Below are positions 12,520 to 25,591 of a stretch of DNA of 64,000 nt, piece after piece. The stretch's first letter is position 1; every line of letters starts with the position of its first letter. Source of the DNA: Heptranchias perlo (lineage: Eukaryota); assembly GCF_035084215.1 (NCBI RefSeq), contig NC_090338.1:44392001-44456000 (forward strand). Reading direction: 5' to 3'. The notes under the pieces were generated by a model. It made no database searches and was not told the origin of the DNA. It saw nothing but the letters and a program-made list of their open reading frames with translations. Made by a program: the position numbers and the translations under genes.

Positions 12520-15500
12520 TTTAAAAATTTGTTCATGGGATGTGGGCGTCACTGGCAAGGCCAGCATTTATTGCCCATCCCTAATTGCCCTTGAGAAGGT
12601 GGCGGTGAGCCGCCTTCTTGAACCCCTGCAGTCCATGTGGTGAAGGTTCTCCCGCAGTGCTGTTAGGGAGTTCCAGGATTTTGACCCAGCGACGATGAAG
12701 GAACAGCGATATATTTCCAAGTCGGGATGGTGTATGACTTGGAGGGGAACCTGTTGTTCCCATGTGCCTGCTGCCCATGTCCTTCTAGGTGGTAGAGGTC
12801 GCGGGTTTGGGAGGTGCTGTCGAAGAAGCCTTGGCGAGTTGCTGCAGTGCATCCTGTGGATGGTACACACTGCAGCCACGGTGGTGAAGGGAGTGAATGT
12901 TTAGGGTGGTGAGGGATCACTTTGGGACCAGTGATCATAATTCCATTAGTTTTAAGATAGCTATGGAGAAGGATAGGTCTGGCCCAAAAGTTAAAATTCT
13001 AAATTGGGGAAAGGCCAATTTTGATGGTATTGGACAGGAACTTTCAGAAGTTGATTGGGAGAGTCTGTTGGCAGGCAAAGGGACGTCTGGTAAGTGGGAG
13101 GCTTTCAAAAGTGTGTTAACCAGGGTTCAGGGTAAGCACATTCCTTATAAAGTGAAGGGCAAGGCTGGTAGAAGTAGGGAACCTTGGATGACTCGGGAGA
13201 TTGAGGCACTAGTCAAAAAGAAGGAGGCATATGACATGCATAGGCAGCTGGGATCAAGTGGATCCCTTGAAGAGTATAGAGATTGCCGGAGTAGAGTTAA
13301 GAGAGAAATCAGGAGGGCAAAGGTGAATCCAAAGAGCTTCTACATATACATAAAGGGCAAAAGGGTAACTAGGGAGAGAGTAGGGCCTCTTAAGGATCAA
13401 CAAGGTCATCTATGTGCGGAACCACAAGAAATGGGTGAGATCCTGAATGAATATTTCACATCGGTATTTACGGTTGAGAAAGGCATGGATGTTAGGGAAC
13501 TTGGGGAAATAAATAGTGATGTCTTGAGTGTACATATTACAGAGAGGGAGGTGCTGGAAGTCTTAACGCGCATCAAGGTAGATAAATCTCCGGGACCTGA
13601 TGAAATGTATCCCAGGACGTTATGGGAGGTTAGGGAGGAAATTGCGGGTCCCCTCGCAGAGATATTTGAATCATCCACCGCTACAGGTGAGGTGCCTGAA
13701 GATTGGAGGGTAGCAAATGTTGTGCCTTTGTTTAAGAAGGGCGGCAGGGAAAAGCCTGGGAACTACAGACCAGTGAGCCTGACATCTGTAGTGGGTAAGT
13801 TGTTAGAGGGTATTCTGAGGGACAGGATCTACAGGCATTTGGAGAGGCAGGGACTAATTAGGAACAGTCAGCATGGTTTTGTGAGAGGAAAATCATGTCT
13901 CACGAATTTGATTGAGTTTTTTGAAGGGGTAACCAAGAAGATAGATGAGGGCTGTGCAGTAGACGTGGTCTACATGGACTTCAGCAAAGCATTTGACAAG
14001 GTACCGCATGGTAGGTTGTTACATAAGGTTAAATCTCATGGGATCCAAGGTGAGGTAGCCAATTGGATACAAAATTGGCTTGACGACAGAAGACAGAGGG
14101 TGGTTGTAGAGGGTTGTTTTTCAAACTGGATGCCTGTGTCCAGCGGTGTGCCTCAGGGATCGGTGCTGGGTCCGCTGTTATTTGTTATTTATATTAATGA
14201 TTTGGATGAGAATTTAGGAGGCATGGTTAGTAAGTTTGCAGATTACACCAAGATTGGTGGCATTGTGCACAGTGAAGAAGGTTATCTAGGATTGCAACGG
14301 GATCTTGATAAATTGGGCCAGTGGGCCGATGAATGGCAGATGGAGTTTAATTTAGATAAATGTGAGGTGATGCATTTTGGTAGATCGAATCGGGCCAGGA
14401 CCTACTCCGTTAATGGTAGGGCGTTGGGGAGAGTTATAGAACAAAGAGATCTGGGAGTACAGATTCATAGCTCCTTGAAAGTGGAGTCACAGGTGGATAG
14501 GGTGGTGAAGAAGGCATTCAGCATGCTTGGTTTCATTGGTCAGAACATTGAATGCAGGAGTTGGGATGTCTTGTTGAAGTTGTACAGGGCATTGGTGAGG
14601 CCACACTTGGAGTACTGTGTACAGTTCTGGTCACCCTATTATAGAAAGGATATTATTAAACTAGAAAGAGTGCAGAAAAGATTTACTAGGATGCTACCGG
14701 GACTTGATGGTTTGACTTACAGGGAGAGGTTAGACAGACTGGGACTTTTTTCCCTGGAGAGCAGGAGGTTAAGGGGTGATCTTATCGAAGTCTATAAAAT
14801 AATGAGGGGCATAGATAAGGTCGATAGTCAAAATCTTTTCCCAAAGGTAGGGGAGTCTATAACGAGGGGGCACAGATTTAAGGTGAGAGGGGAGAGATAC
14901 AAAAGGGTCCAGAGGGGCAATTTTTTCACTCAAAGGGTGGTGAGTGTCTGGAACGAGCTGCCAGAGGCAGTAGTAGAGGCGGGTACAATTTTGTCTTTTA
15001 AAAAGCATTTGGACAGTTACATGGGTAAGATGGGTATAGAGGGATATGGGCCAAGTGCAGGCAATTGGGACTAGCTTAGTGGTATAAACTGGGCGACATG
15101 GACATGTTGGGCCGAAGGGCCTGTTTCCATGTTGTAACTTCTATGACTTCTATGACAATCAAGCGGACTACTTTGTCCTGGATGGTGTCGAGTTTCTTGA
15201 GTGTTGTTGGAGCTGCACTCATCCAGGCAAGGAGAGTATTCCATCACACTCCTGACTTGTGCCTTGTAGATGGTGGAAAGGCTTTGGGGAGTCAGGAGGT
15301 GAGTCAATCACTGCAGAATACCCAGCCTCTGACCTGCTCTTGTAGCCACAGTATTTATATGACTGGTCCAGTTAAGTTTCTGGTCAATGGTAACCCCCAG
15401 GATGTTGATGGTGGGGGATTCGGCGATGGTAATGTGGTTGAATGTCAAGGGGAGGTGGTTAGATTCTCTCTTGTTGGAGATGGTCATTTGTCTGGTGCGA

Positions 15501-15778
15501 ATGTTACTTGCCACTTATGAGCCCAAGCCTAGATGTTGTCCAGGTCTTGCTGCATGCGGGCTCGGACTGCTTCATTATCTGACGGGTTGCGAATGGAACT
15601 GAACACTGCGCAATCATCAGCGAACATCCCCATTTCTGACCTTATCATGGAAGGAAGGTCATTGATGAAGCAGCTGAAGATGGTTGGGCCTAGGACACTG
15701 CCCTGAGGAACTCCTGCAGCAATGACCTGGGGCTGAGATGATTGGCCTCCAACAACCACAACCATCTTCCTTTGTGCT
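12520..15778 (-). mobile_element. Family B LINE (12520-12911 and 15156-15778) split by the young CR1
   Basis: Collinear on both sides of the CR1, with ~10 bp lost at the site and no TSD. Confidence 0.85.
12912..15155 (+). mobile_element. Young CR1 LINE, 5'-truncated, open RT frame
   Basis: Open frame to 15074 with SPGPD, NYRPVSLTS, YMDFSKAFDKV, GVPQGSVLGPLLF, FADYTK; TTCTATGA-type tail; interrupts a second LINE family. Confidence 0.93.
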
Positions 15779-15961
15779 ATATCGATATTGACAAACTGAA
15801 TTTTGACTCCTTTGACTATCGGAGCCCCCTCTTTTTGTTCGAAGGTTAATTATAACTTAATGAGCTCTTTTTCCAAAGCCATGGCCCGATTACTTTCACT
15901 TGGAACATTCAGTCCCTGTAATCTAAACTGTGAACCTCCAGCCGCCCGACCCAGCGCTCAC

Positions 15962-16109
15962 CGATTGGCACGAATGGATTTTCCTTCGTTTTCCTGATAA
16001 ACTTGTCCTGAAACCCTTCCTCCCTGGGTTTGGGCACGGCGGTAAAACCCTCGATGACCGGAGGCTTCGTTAAATCGAGCACCGAGGTCGCAGAAGCCGG
16101 TTTCGCCAT
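15962..16109 (-). CDS. HIGD2A: HIG1 domain family member 2A, coding exon 1
   Basis: ATG at 16109-16107 reads MAKPASATSVLDLTKPPVIEGFTAVPKPREEGFQDKFIRKTKENPFVPI(G), with the HIGD2A-type KFxRKTxENPxVPIG motif; ends at G|GTGAG donor, phase 1 (148 nt). Confidence 0.93.
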
Positions 16110-16756
16110 CTTCCTCCTGTGACCCAGGAAACAGCGAGCCGTGACACGTGACACGAATCACAATGGAGAGGGCGGGGCCTTAACCTGTGATTGACGCTAA
16201 TTACAATGGAGAGGGTGGGGCCTTAACCTGTGAGTGACGCTAATCACAATGGAGAGGGCGGGGCCTTAACCTGTGATTGACGCTAATTACAATGGAGAGG
16301 GCGGGGCCTTAACCTGTGATTGACGCTAATTACAATGGAGAGGGCGGGGCCTTAACCTGTGATTGACACGAATCGCCATGGGGGGATTGCTGGGCGGGGC
16401 CTTAACCTGTGATTGACGCGAATCACAATGGGGGGGGGGGGGAGCTGGGCGGGGCCTTAACCTGTGATTGACAGTCAATATCTTGTCAATACCTCGAACT
16501 GCTCGTAACCAGGCAAAGGCAAACCAATCACAGCAAAGGCGGGGCTTCTTATATTTTAACTGAATTATTTAAGTAATCAAAAAAAATAAAGTTATTAGGA
16601 GGACGAATTGTTACATATTATCAGATTTATATGCAATTCTGGAACTGATCGGCCGGTGACGGTCAGAGGTCAGAGTTGAGGGGCGGGGTGAGGCGAGGCC
16701 ACGCTGCTGTGGAGTGAGCTCGAGCTGAAGGGCGCGGGCAGGGAACTTGCTGGAAA
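16110..16756. promoter_or_regulatory. HIGD2A/NOP16 bidirectional CpG-rich promoter
   Basis: 647 bp between divergent ATGs; CpG-rich; E-box CACGTG at 16145, repeated GGGCGGGG GC boxes, CCAAT near 16524. Confidence 0.85.
16156..16473. repeat. 43-bp minisatellite, ~7 copies
   Basis: Unit AAT(C/T)ACAATGGAGAGGGCGGGGCCTTAACCTGTGATTGACGCT; five near-exact 43-mers from 16156, plus two longer variants at 16371 and 16421. Confidence 0.95.
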
Positions 16757-16863
16757 ATGCCGAAAGCAAAAGGGAAAAACAGGAGGAAGAAGTTTGATTA
16801 CAAGTCTGATCGGAAAAAGCTGAAACGGAAGATGTTGAAGAAAGCGGCGCCTCGGATCGAGTG
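16757..16863 (+). CDS. NOP16: Nucleolar protein 16, exon 1
   Basis: MPKAKGKNRRKKFDYKSDRKKLKRKMLKKAAPRIE(C); TG|GTGAGT donor, 107 nt, phase 2. Confidence 0.93.
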
Positions 16864-18137
16864 GTGAGTGTAAGCGGGGACTGAGGTGCCGGCGCGGCTG
16901 CCACCGCTCGACCTGTTTTAACGAGGGCTTCTCTTCCGCAGCGATATTTACTGCAGTAACCCTCGGGCTCCATTTTAAAAGTAATGTAAAATTAAAACGG
17001 TAATCAGTCATTGCTCAACTGGCAGCTGACGGTTTATTTAAAGCGATCTCCAGGTAGCAGTTGTCTTTTGCCTTTTTCTCCTTCCTCCCTCGTGTGCTTT
17101 TTTTCTTTGAGCCTGTACTCCACCTATTGGCCTCAAAAGAGTTTCTGTTTCCTTCTCCAGCTGCGTCAACTTGGTTCAGGCGGCGTCACCCTCGCCTCTG
17201 AGTCAAAAGAGTGAGTTCAAGCCCCAGTACAAATGAGGATGTTTCCTCCGTGCTAAGGGAGTGCCGTATTGTCCGAGGTGGTCAGATGTTATGGAGCGTG
17301 CAGTTCTCTTGTGGCCTGGCCAGCATTCATTTTTCAGTGAACACCACCAAAACATTGAAGGGCAAACTAGATAAGTACACGAGGAAGAAAGGAATAGAAG
17401 GCTATGTTGATAGGGTGAGATGAAGTAAACAGAGTGGAAGGAGGCTCATGTGGAGCATAAACGAATGGCTTGTTTCTGTGCTGCAAATGCTGTGTAATTC
17501 TATGTAAAACAGATTAACCGGTCAATAATCTCAATGCTGTTTTGGGGGCCATGCACTACACAAATTGGCTTTTGCATTGCTTACAAAACAATTTATCCAC
17601 AAGATAGGAAGGCATGAAATTAGAGACAAACTTCTGAGGGGGTTTGAAAATTGCTTAAATCAGATAAAGAAAAGGGCAGTTGTGAGAGCACTTTTTCGAC
17701 ATGGCAAGAGATCAAGAGTGGGGTACCATGGGGATCATTTCTAAGGCCAACGCTGTTTACAGTATATATGAACGGTTAAAGGCTGGGGACAGAAACAAAG
17801 TTGTCACCAGCAGGCAAACCAAATATAGAGGGACCTGGATAGGCTATGATGTTGGGCTGATGAATGGCAAATGGCATTTGATGTAAACAGATGTAAGGTA
17901 ATGAGACTAGAGAAGGGAAATAAATCATGGTAAAATAAGATTCATGGTTCTAGGCTACAGGACCCATCACGAGAGGGTCCAGGGATATTGGTAGATTGTT
18001 TACCAGAGCCTACAACACATGTGAGGCACCAGTAAGGAAAGCTAAATGGATCGTGGTTTGTATAGTTAGAGGGATAGAGCACAAATGTCAAGAAGTGATG
18101 TAAGGCACTGGTGTGTTTGCATTTGGGGTAAAGGAAG

Positions 18138-18537
18138 AATGAACTTGCATTTATATAGTGACTTTCATGACCTCAGACATTCCAAAGCGCTTTACAGCCA
18201 GTTAAGCACTTTTGAAGTGTAATCAATGTTGTACTTTAGGAAACACGGTAGCCAATTTGCACACAGCAAGGTCACACAAACTGCAATGAAATAATGACCA
18301 GATAATCTGTTTTAGTGATGTTGGTTTGAGGGATAAATATTGCCCAGGATACCGGGGAGAACTTTCTTGCTCTTCGAAATAGTGCCGAGATCGTTAACGT
18401 CCACCAGAGAGGGCAGACAAGGTCTCGGTTTAATGTGCCGTCCAAAAGACAGCACCTCCTTCAGTGCAGCACTCCCTCAGTACCGAAGTGGAGTGTCAGC
18501 CTAGATTTTGTGTTCAAGTCTCTGAACTGGGACTTGT
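18138..18537 (-). mobile_element. Deu-domain SINE (SacSINE1/AmnSINE1-like)
   Basis: GAGGGAGTGCTGCAC..GGAGGTGCTGTC..CAGGTGGA-type core and TATATAAATGCAAGT tail, recognised from memory; related copies at ~24345-24690(+), 17165-17290(+) and 1170-1280(-). Confidence 0.65.
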
Positions 18538-19180
18538 CCAATCTCATCACCGTATTACAGCAAGGATATCCAGGCACCGGAGGCAGTACAGAAAAGGACA
18601 ACTAAACTGATATTTAACTTGAAGCATCTGAGTAAGAGGTTGAAGAGCTCAGGATTGCTTACTCTGGAGAAAAGAAAGCTTAGGTGAGATTTTATTCAAG
18701 ATTCCTAAGGGAACAGAAAAATTGAATAATGATGTGTTCAAGATTGCCACAAATTCCAGAGAACATGGACTAAAACTTAGAAAAGGGAAGATGCACAGAC
18801 AGTTTAGATTTAACTACCATATGCAGAAGGTGGTGAATGTGTGGAATCGACTAGCAAGGGAGGTAGTGGAAGGCAGATAGGGAAAAATTCAAGGAAGAAT
18901 TGATTAGATATTTGATGGAGTGATCGCTTTGTTTTTAGAACTGGCCAGATAGACTGTAGAGTACTTTCTGGTCCTGTACTCGCCTAGTAGGATAGGGGAA
19001 ATATTTTGTTCTCTCTTGGATAAGTTACTCTGTTGTAATGTTTATTTGCAATAGTCACTAAATTATTCTTCTGGGAAGTTCCAGATAATATTTTTTGCAA
19101 CAAGTTATAGAAATGATGATTTCCAAAAGAGTGTAATAACTGAGCAAAGTGTTTAATTGAAGATTGATTGTTTTTTTTAG

Positions 19181-19289
19181 TGAACATATAAGAAAAGCAT
19201 GGAACATCAAGAAATCAGTTGCTCAGAATTTAGCTGAAATGGGTTTGGCATCTGACCCAAACCGTACAGTTCCCATTAAGAAGAGAAAG
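19181..19289 (+). CDS. NOP16: NOP16 exon 2
   Basis: T-tract + AG acceptor; EHIRKAWNIKKSVAQNLAEMGLASDPNRTVPIKKRK; AAG|GTATGT donor; 109 nt. Confidence 0.93.
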
Positions 19290-19619
19290 GTATGTACGAC
19301 TGTGATTCTGTATTAATGCTAAAAACCTGAAAGCTCGTAGTGTGTGTGACATACAATTGTAGAATATGGACAGTAGTCCATAATGACCTGACTGCATAAC
19401 CTACATCGTGATTTATTACCTGTGTCTAAAATGTAGAGAATCTTCTCACCCACATTCACCTGCATACGTTGATAATTTGCAAAATAATGGAATTGATTGT
19501 TCGAACAAACTTGAAGATCACCTATATGAAAATGACAATCAGCACAATTTCAAGCTGCTTGACTTTTTTTGACATCTCAAGTGGACATTGGAAAATCCTA
19601 TTATATAGTTTTGTACTTT

Positions 19620-20300
19620 TTTCCCGGGATGTGGGAGATGCTGCCAAAGCTACATTTGTTGTCCATGGCTAGTAGTCTTGAGAAACTGGTGGTTGGCCTT
19701 CTTGAACAGCTGCATCCTTGTGGCAATGGTGCTCCCGCAATAGTATTATGTAGGGAATCCCAGGACTTTCACCAAGTGATGATGGAGGAACTGTATATAT
19801 CCAAGTCGGGTTAGTGTATGACTTGGAGGTGGTGTTTCCATGATCTTGCAACTCTTGTCCTTAGTGGCAGAGATCATGGGGTTGGGAGGTGCTGTGCTGT
19901 TACGGTATGTTTGATGCGTTGCTACAGTGAATCCTGAAGATAGTACACACTCCAGTCACAGTGTGTCGGTGGTGGAGGGGATGGATGTTGAGCTCAGTAG
20001 CAAGGGCACCAATCAGGCAGACTGCTTTGTCCTGGATGGTATCAAGCTTCTTGAGTGTTGTTGCAGTTGCACCTATATAGGCAAGTGGTGAGTATTCCAT
20101 CAAATTCCTGACTTGAACCTTGCATGTGGTGGAGAGACTTTGAGGGTCAAGGCATAAGGCACCTTTCACAGAGTTCTCAGTCTCTCCTACACATCTAGCC
20201 AAAAGTGTTAATGTGGCTGATCCAGATAAGCTTTTGGTCACTGGTGACCCCAGGAATATTGATTGGTGGGGGGGAAACTTGGCAATGGTATTGTATTGAA
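19620..20300 (-). mobile_element. Old family B LINE 3' fragment
   Basis: KVQVRNLMEYSPLA..LKKLDTIQDKAV. Confidence 0.75.
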
Positions 20301-20724
20301 AGTAAGGGTGAAGTGGTTTGGCCTTTTTTATTTGTTCTTGCGATTTGGGTCACACTGCTCAGGCAGCATTTATTGCCTATCCTTAGTTAACCTGAATGCA
20401 TTGAGAGTCAACCATGTGGTATCGGACTGGAGAAACATGTAGGTCAGACCAAGTAGGGGTGGCAGTTCCCTTCCCTGAATGACATTAATGAACTAATTGG
20501 GCTTCTAATGACAAAACAGTAGCTTTTGTGGCCATTTTTTTTCTGGTACTGGCCTATAAATTACCAGATTTATTGAATTCATTTTCACAACTTGGCATGA
20601 TAAGATTTGAACACATGACTTCGGGGTTACTGGTCCAGTACTGTAATCACCGGAGCAAGTCTTTTACTTAGTGGTAGCATTCCCACCTGAGTTAGAAGAT
20701 GTAGGTTTCAAATCCTGCTCCAGA

Positions 20725-21360
20725 CAGTCAGTATGGATTTATGAAAGGTAGATCATATCTAACTAATCGAATTGAATTTTTTGAGGATGTCAATCAGCAT
20801 GGTGAATAGGGGAGTATCTATGGACGTTATCTCTATGGACTTCCAGAGACATTTGATAACATTCTGCACATTGGCCTTGGATGGGGTACAGGGCAGATGG
20901 ACCAGAATGATACCGGGGCTTAAAGGGTTAAATTATGAAGGCAGGTTGCATAAACTTAGTTTGAATTCCCTTGAATTTAGACAGTTGAGGTGTGATCTAT
21001 TCGGAGTCTTTAAAATGGTAGAAATTCAATAGGGTAGATACAGAAAAACATATTTCTTCTGGTGGTGAATCCAGAACAAGATAATCTTAAAATTAAAGTC
21101 AGGCTATTGAGGAGTGAAATCAGGAAGCACTTTTTCTCAAAGTGTAGAGGAAATATGGAACTCTCTCCCAAAAGGCTGTGGATTCTGTGACAACTGAAAT
21201 TTTCAAGATTGAGATCGATAGATCTTTGTTAGGGAACTGTATCAAGGAATATGGAGCAAAGATGTGTAAATGGTGTTGAAGTATAGATCAGCCATGATTT
21301 ACTTGAATGTTGGAACAGGTTCGAGGGGTTGAATGGCCTACTGCTGTTCTTGTGTTCCTA
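20725..21360 (+). mobile_element. Degenerate CR1 fragment
   Basis: SQYGFMKGRS, MDFQ and TRMIPGLKGLNYE remnants; CR1 3' UTR. Confidence 0.75.
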
Positions 21361-21726
21361 AATTAGAATACAAGTCAGACCATCATACTGAAGCTCTATA
21401 GTGTTCTGGTCAGGTCACACCTTGATACTGTGTTCACATGGCTGTCCTTTGTGTCAGAGGACTGAGTTATGAGAAAGGTTAGAAAAACTGATTCTTCAGC
21501 CTTGAAAGATGAAAAAGTGGGGACATTGTAGAAGTATACAAAATACTAAGTGTAATAGAAAAGGTTAATCTGGAGTACAATTCCAAATTAAACCATCACT
21601 GTAGGGATGTAGGTGCAAGGCAGTAAAAGGCAAATTCAGGGCTGATGTCAGGAAACACTTTATGGTAGGAGATGGTAGGCCAATGGAGTTAAAAGCTCTG
21701 GTCCTGAATTTCCTCAACGTCTGTAG

Positions 21727-23235
21727 TTTTTTTTTATTCGTTCACGGGATGTGGGCGTCGCTGGCGAGGCCAGCATTTATTGCCCATCCCTAATTGCCCT
21801 CGAGAAGGTGGTGGTGAGCCGCCTTCTTGAACCGCTGCAGTCCGTGTGGTGACGGTTCTCCCACAGTGCTGTTGGGAAGGGAGTTCCAGGATTTTGACCC
21901 AGCGACAATGAAGGAACGGCGATATATTTCCAAGTCGGGATGGTGTGTGACTTGGAGGCGAACGTGCAGGTGGTGTTGTTCCCATGCGCCTGCTGCTCTT
22001 GTCCTTCTAGGTGGTAGAGGTCGCGGGTTTGGGAGGTGCTGTCGAAGAAGCCTTGGCGAGTTGCTGCAGTGCATCCTGTGGATGTTGCACACTGCAGCCA
22101 CAGTGCGCCGGTGGTGAAGGGAGTGAATGTTTAGGGTGGTGGGTGGGGTGCCAATCAAGCGGGCTGCTTTATCTTGGATGGTGTCGAGCTTCGAGTGTTG
22201 TTGGAGCTGCACTCATCCAGGCAAGTGGAGAGTATTCCATCACACTCCTAACTTGTGCCTTGTAGATGGTGGAAAGGGTTTGGGGAGTCAGGAGGTGAGT
22301 CACTCGCCGCAGAATACCCAGCCTCTGACCTGCTCTCGTAGCCACAGTATTTATATGGCTGGTCCAGTTCAGTTTCTGGTCAATGGTGACCCCCAGGATG
22401 TTGATGGTGGGGGATTCGGCAATGGTAATGCTGTTGAATGTCAAGGGGAGGCGTTTAGACTCTCTCTTGTTGGAGATGGTCATTGCCTGGCACTTATCTG
22501 GCGCGAATGTTACTTGCCACTTATGAGCCTAAGCCTGGATGTTGTCCAGGTCTTGCTGCATGCAGGCTCGGACTGCTTCATTATCTGAGGGGTTGCGAAT
22601 GGAACTGAACACTGTGCAGTCATCAGCGAACATCCCCATTTCTGATCTTATGTCGGAGGGAAGGTCATTGATGAAGCAGCTGAAGATGGTTGGGCCTAGG
22701 ACACTGCCCTGAGGAACTCCTGCAGCAATGCCCTGGGGCTGAGATGATTGGCCTCCAACAACCACTACCATCTTCCTTTGTGCAAGGTATGACTCCAGCC
22801 ACTGGAGAGTTTTCCCCCTGATTCCCATTGACTTCAATTTTACTAGGGCTCCTTGGTGCCACACTCGGTCAAATGCTGCCTTGATGTCAAGGGCAGTCAC
22901 TCTCACCTCACCTCTGGAATTCAGCTCTTTTGTCCATGTTTGGACCAAGGCTGTAATGAGGTCTGGAGCCGAGTGGTCCTGGCGGAACCCAAACTGAGCA
23001 TCGGTGAGCAGGTTATTGGTGAGTAAGTGCCGCTTGATAGCACTGTCGACGACACCTTCCATCACTTTGCTGATGATTGAGAGTAGACTGATGGGGCGGT
23101 AATTGGCCGGATTGGATTTGTCCTGCTTTTTGTAGACAGGACATACCTGGGCAATTTTCCACATTGTCGGGTAGATGCCAGCGTTGTAGCTGTACTGGAA
23201 CAGCTTGGCTAGAGGCGCAGCTAGTTCTGGAGCTG
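21727..23235 (-). mobile_element. Family B LINE RT and 3' end (NOP16 intron 2)
   Basis: 244-aa RT ORF 22529-23263 with ALDIKAAFDRVWH and FADD; poly(A) end at ~21727. Confidence 0.9.
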
Positions 23236-25067
23236 TTGTAGTGTCAGAATTAACGCCATTCACCAGAAGAAGAGTAGCACGGAGAGTATCCTGGATAAGT
23301 TCATTTTCATATGAAGTGGCATTGGCATTAGATGTGGCGTATTGTGCTATAAAGGCACTCTGAAGATCGGACCAGCTGTCCCACTGAAGGCCTCAGCCAA
23401 GACCAGGGCCGTCAGCAGGTAATTGTTGAGGATGGAATGGAGGGAAAGGGGGCCTCCATAGGGGCACTTAGGTAGTTACTGCCGCTTTCCGGGGCCTACT
23501 GCCACCTTCCCATGGCAGCCCTGGGAAGCGACTGTAACACTGGATGAGTTCACTGGGGACCTGGGCCTTTCCCCCACCACCATTTATATGGAAGGAGAGG
23601 ACAGTGGTGGTGTTGATAGGAGCGGCGGGTAGGGAAGTACAGGTCAGGCTTTGAGGCAGCGGGAGGCCTCGCTCAGCACTTTTCTTCATTCTTTGCTGCT
23701 TTCCTGCCCAAAATTGCAGAGGAGGATCCTTTTCTAGGTTTCTATAGACAGATGAGATGGATGGCTCATATGGCTTCCTCATCTGTACTCTTTATGATCT
23801 ATCATGTCATTGAATGTGTTGCAAAACAAGAATGCTTGTTTTCATTAGCTTTTCCTTTTGATGGAGGCAGAGTTATGCCAGCTGCAGTGAAAAGTAAAGG
23901 AATAATCCTGTATTCTATGGGGTTCAATGGATGTTGGTTGATTTGTGAGCCACTTTGAAATTAAAAAAAATCTATTTTAGTAGCTGCTTCCAACACAGTT
24001 CCTTCCAATTGGGAAGACAGATGAATGGATAATAAATCTTTTCATGACCTCTGTTTCATTGTCTCACAGGAAGTCGTATAGATGCAGGTGGAAGGTTTCT
24101 ACGCTTGCGTCTGCCCCTTCAGTTGTGACCCATCTTAAAATTGGTGCAAAATATTGGTTGACTGAAGCTGGACTCAGGTCTCAGCTGTGGAGTTGTGTAT
24201 GTTAGATCAGGACTTAAAATTTGAAATTTATTAAAGCATCTGTGAAAAGTCTTGGTTTTAACGTATCTCTACTGCAATTTAATTCAAAATGATGCTTCAC
24301 TGACATTTTCCTTGATTGTGAACTGTCAGACGTTATTAATGTTGCCTTGGTTCAATTGGTAGCACTCCTGCCTCTCAGTTCAAGTTTTACTTCAGGACTT
24401 GAGAAATTAATCTAGGCTTACCCTTCATTCTGGTGTTGAGGGAGTGCTGCATTGTCGGAAGTGCTGTCCTTTGGATGAGAAATTAAATCAAGGCTCTGTC
24501 TGCCTTTTCAGGTGGATGTTCAAAGTCCCATGAAACAATTCAAGGAACAGCAGGGAATTCTGTTGACCTGGCAAAAATTCCTTCCTTAGCAAACATCACT
24601 CAAAACAAATTTACTGGTAATTCATCTCATTACTGTTTGTTGGACATTGTTGTGGGCAAAATAGCTGTGACATTCACCTTTATTAAGAGTGTTCAACTTG
24701 CACTCCCAGCACCTTTTGGCTCCAAATCTTGTGTGTTCTTGTGTTTCCTACTTGCTGTTTTGTCCTGTTTGAATTTTGTGGCCCTGGAAGTTTGGGAAGG
24801 GCTGTTTCTGGAACATGTCTTATTGGTGGATAAATCATAATTCAATGCCAAGATTTCTTTTGGTACCTGCAGCTTGATGTATGCAAATTAATGGGAACAT
24901 GTATTTAAACTTTGTGTGATCCCTGAGGCTCTATGGTACACACCTATGTGACCTACAATTTAACCAGGTTATTTGCTATTAAATATGTACAAATTATTTG
25001 AAATTCAAGTAACTCAAATAGCTGCATTAGAGTTTGCACTTTTAAAACCTTAGGTTTTGGGTGATGG

Positions 25068-25112
25068 ATCACATCACCTTGTGATGTACATCACATCACA
25101 AGGTGATGTGAT
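25068..25112. repeat. Perfect 20-bp inverted repeat with 5-nt loop
   Basis: ATCACATCACCTTGTGATGT-ACATC-ACATCACAAGGTGATGTGAT. Confidence 0.85.
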
Positions 25113-25521
25113 GTACAGACAGATAACTTTTTAATAGCATTGCTTTCCTTTCACTTGGACAAAGCATGAGACACTTAATTGGCCTTGGGTATGTTATACT
25201 GCACCATATATTTCCCTTCTCAGCATAGAGTGCATACTGTGCAAAAAGAGGAGACTGTTGGGAGCATCACATGACCCATGCCATACAGCAGCAATGTAAA
25301 ACATAAACTTGGTTCTGGTCAAAATCTTTTGTACTATTTCTATATAGAAAGTGGGGAAAGAGTTTTAGAACAAATTTAATCAACATTTCTGCATTTCTTT
25401 TGCAAAGCCAGTTTTTTGCTAAAATTAGACTTTGCTTACAAATATTGTATGGTAGATAATAATGGCAGATTGTGTAAGTTATTCTTATGGTTACCTCTAT
25501 TTGTTTTAATTTGTTTTACAG

Positions 25522-25591
25522 ATAATGAAAATGGAAACAGCCTCTGCAGATGGAGAAGGACAAGTCGTTATTAAGCCGTATGTCATTAATG
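25522..25591 (+). CDS. NOP16: NOP16 exon 3
   Basis: TTTTACAG acceptor; IMKMETASADGEGQVVIKPYVIN(E); G|GTTTGT donor; 70 nt, phases fit both neighbours. Confidence 0.88.

Noticed and set aside
16156-16473. Repeat array as a CRISPR
   Set aside because: Eukaryotic context, contiguous units with no unique spacers, and no cas genes.
16611-17011. Minus-strand ORFs of 120 and 113 aa over NOP16 exon 1
   Set aside because: Antisense shadow ORFs in a GC-rich island.
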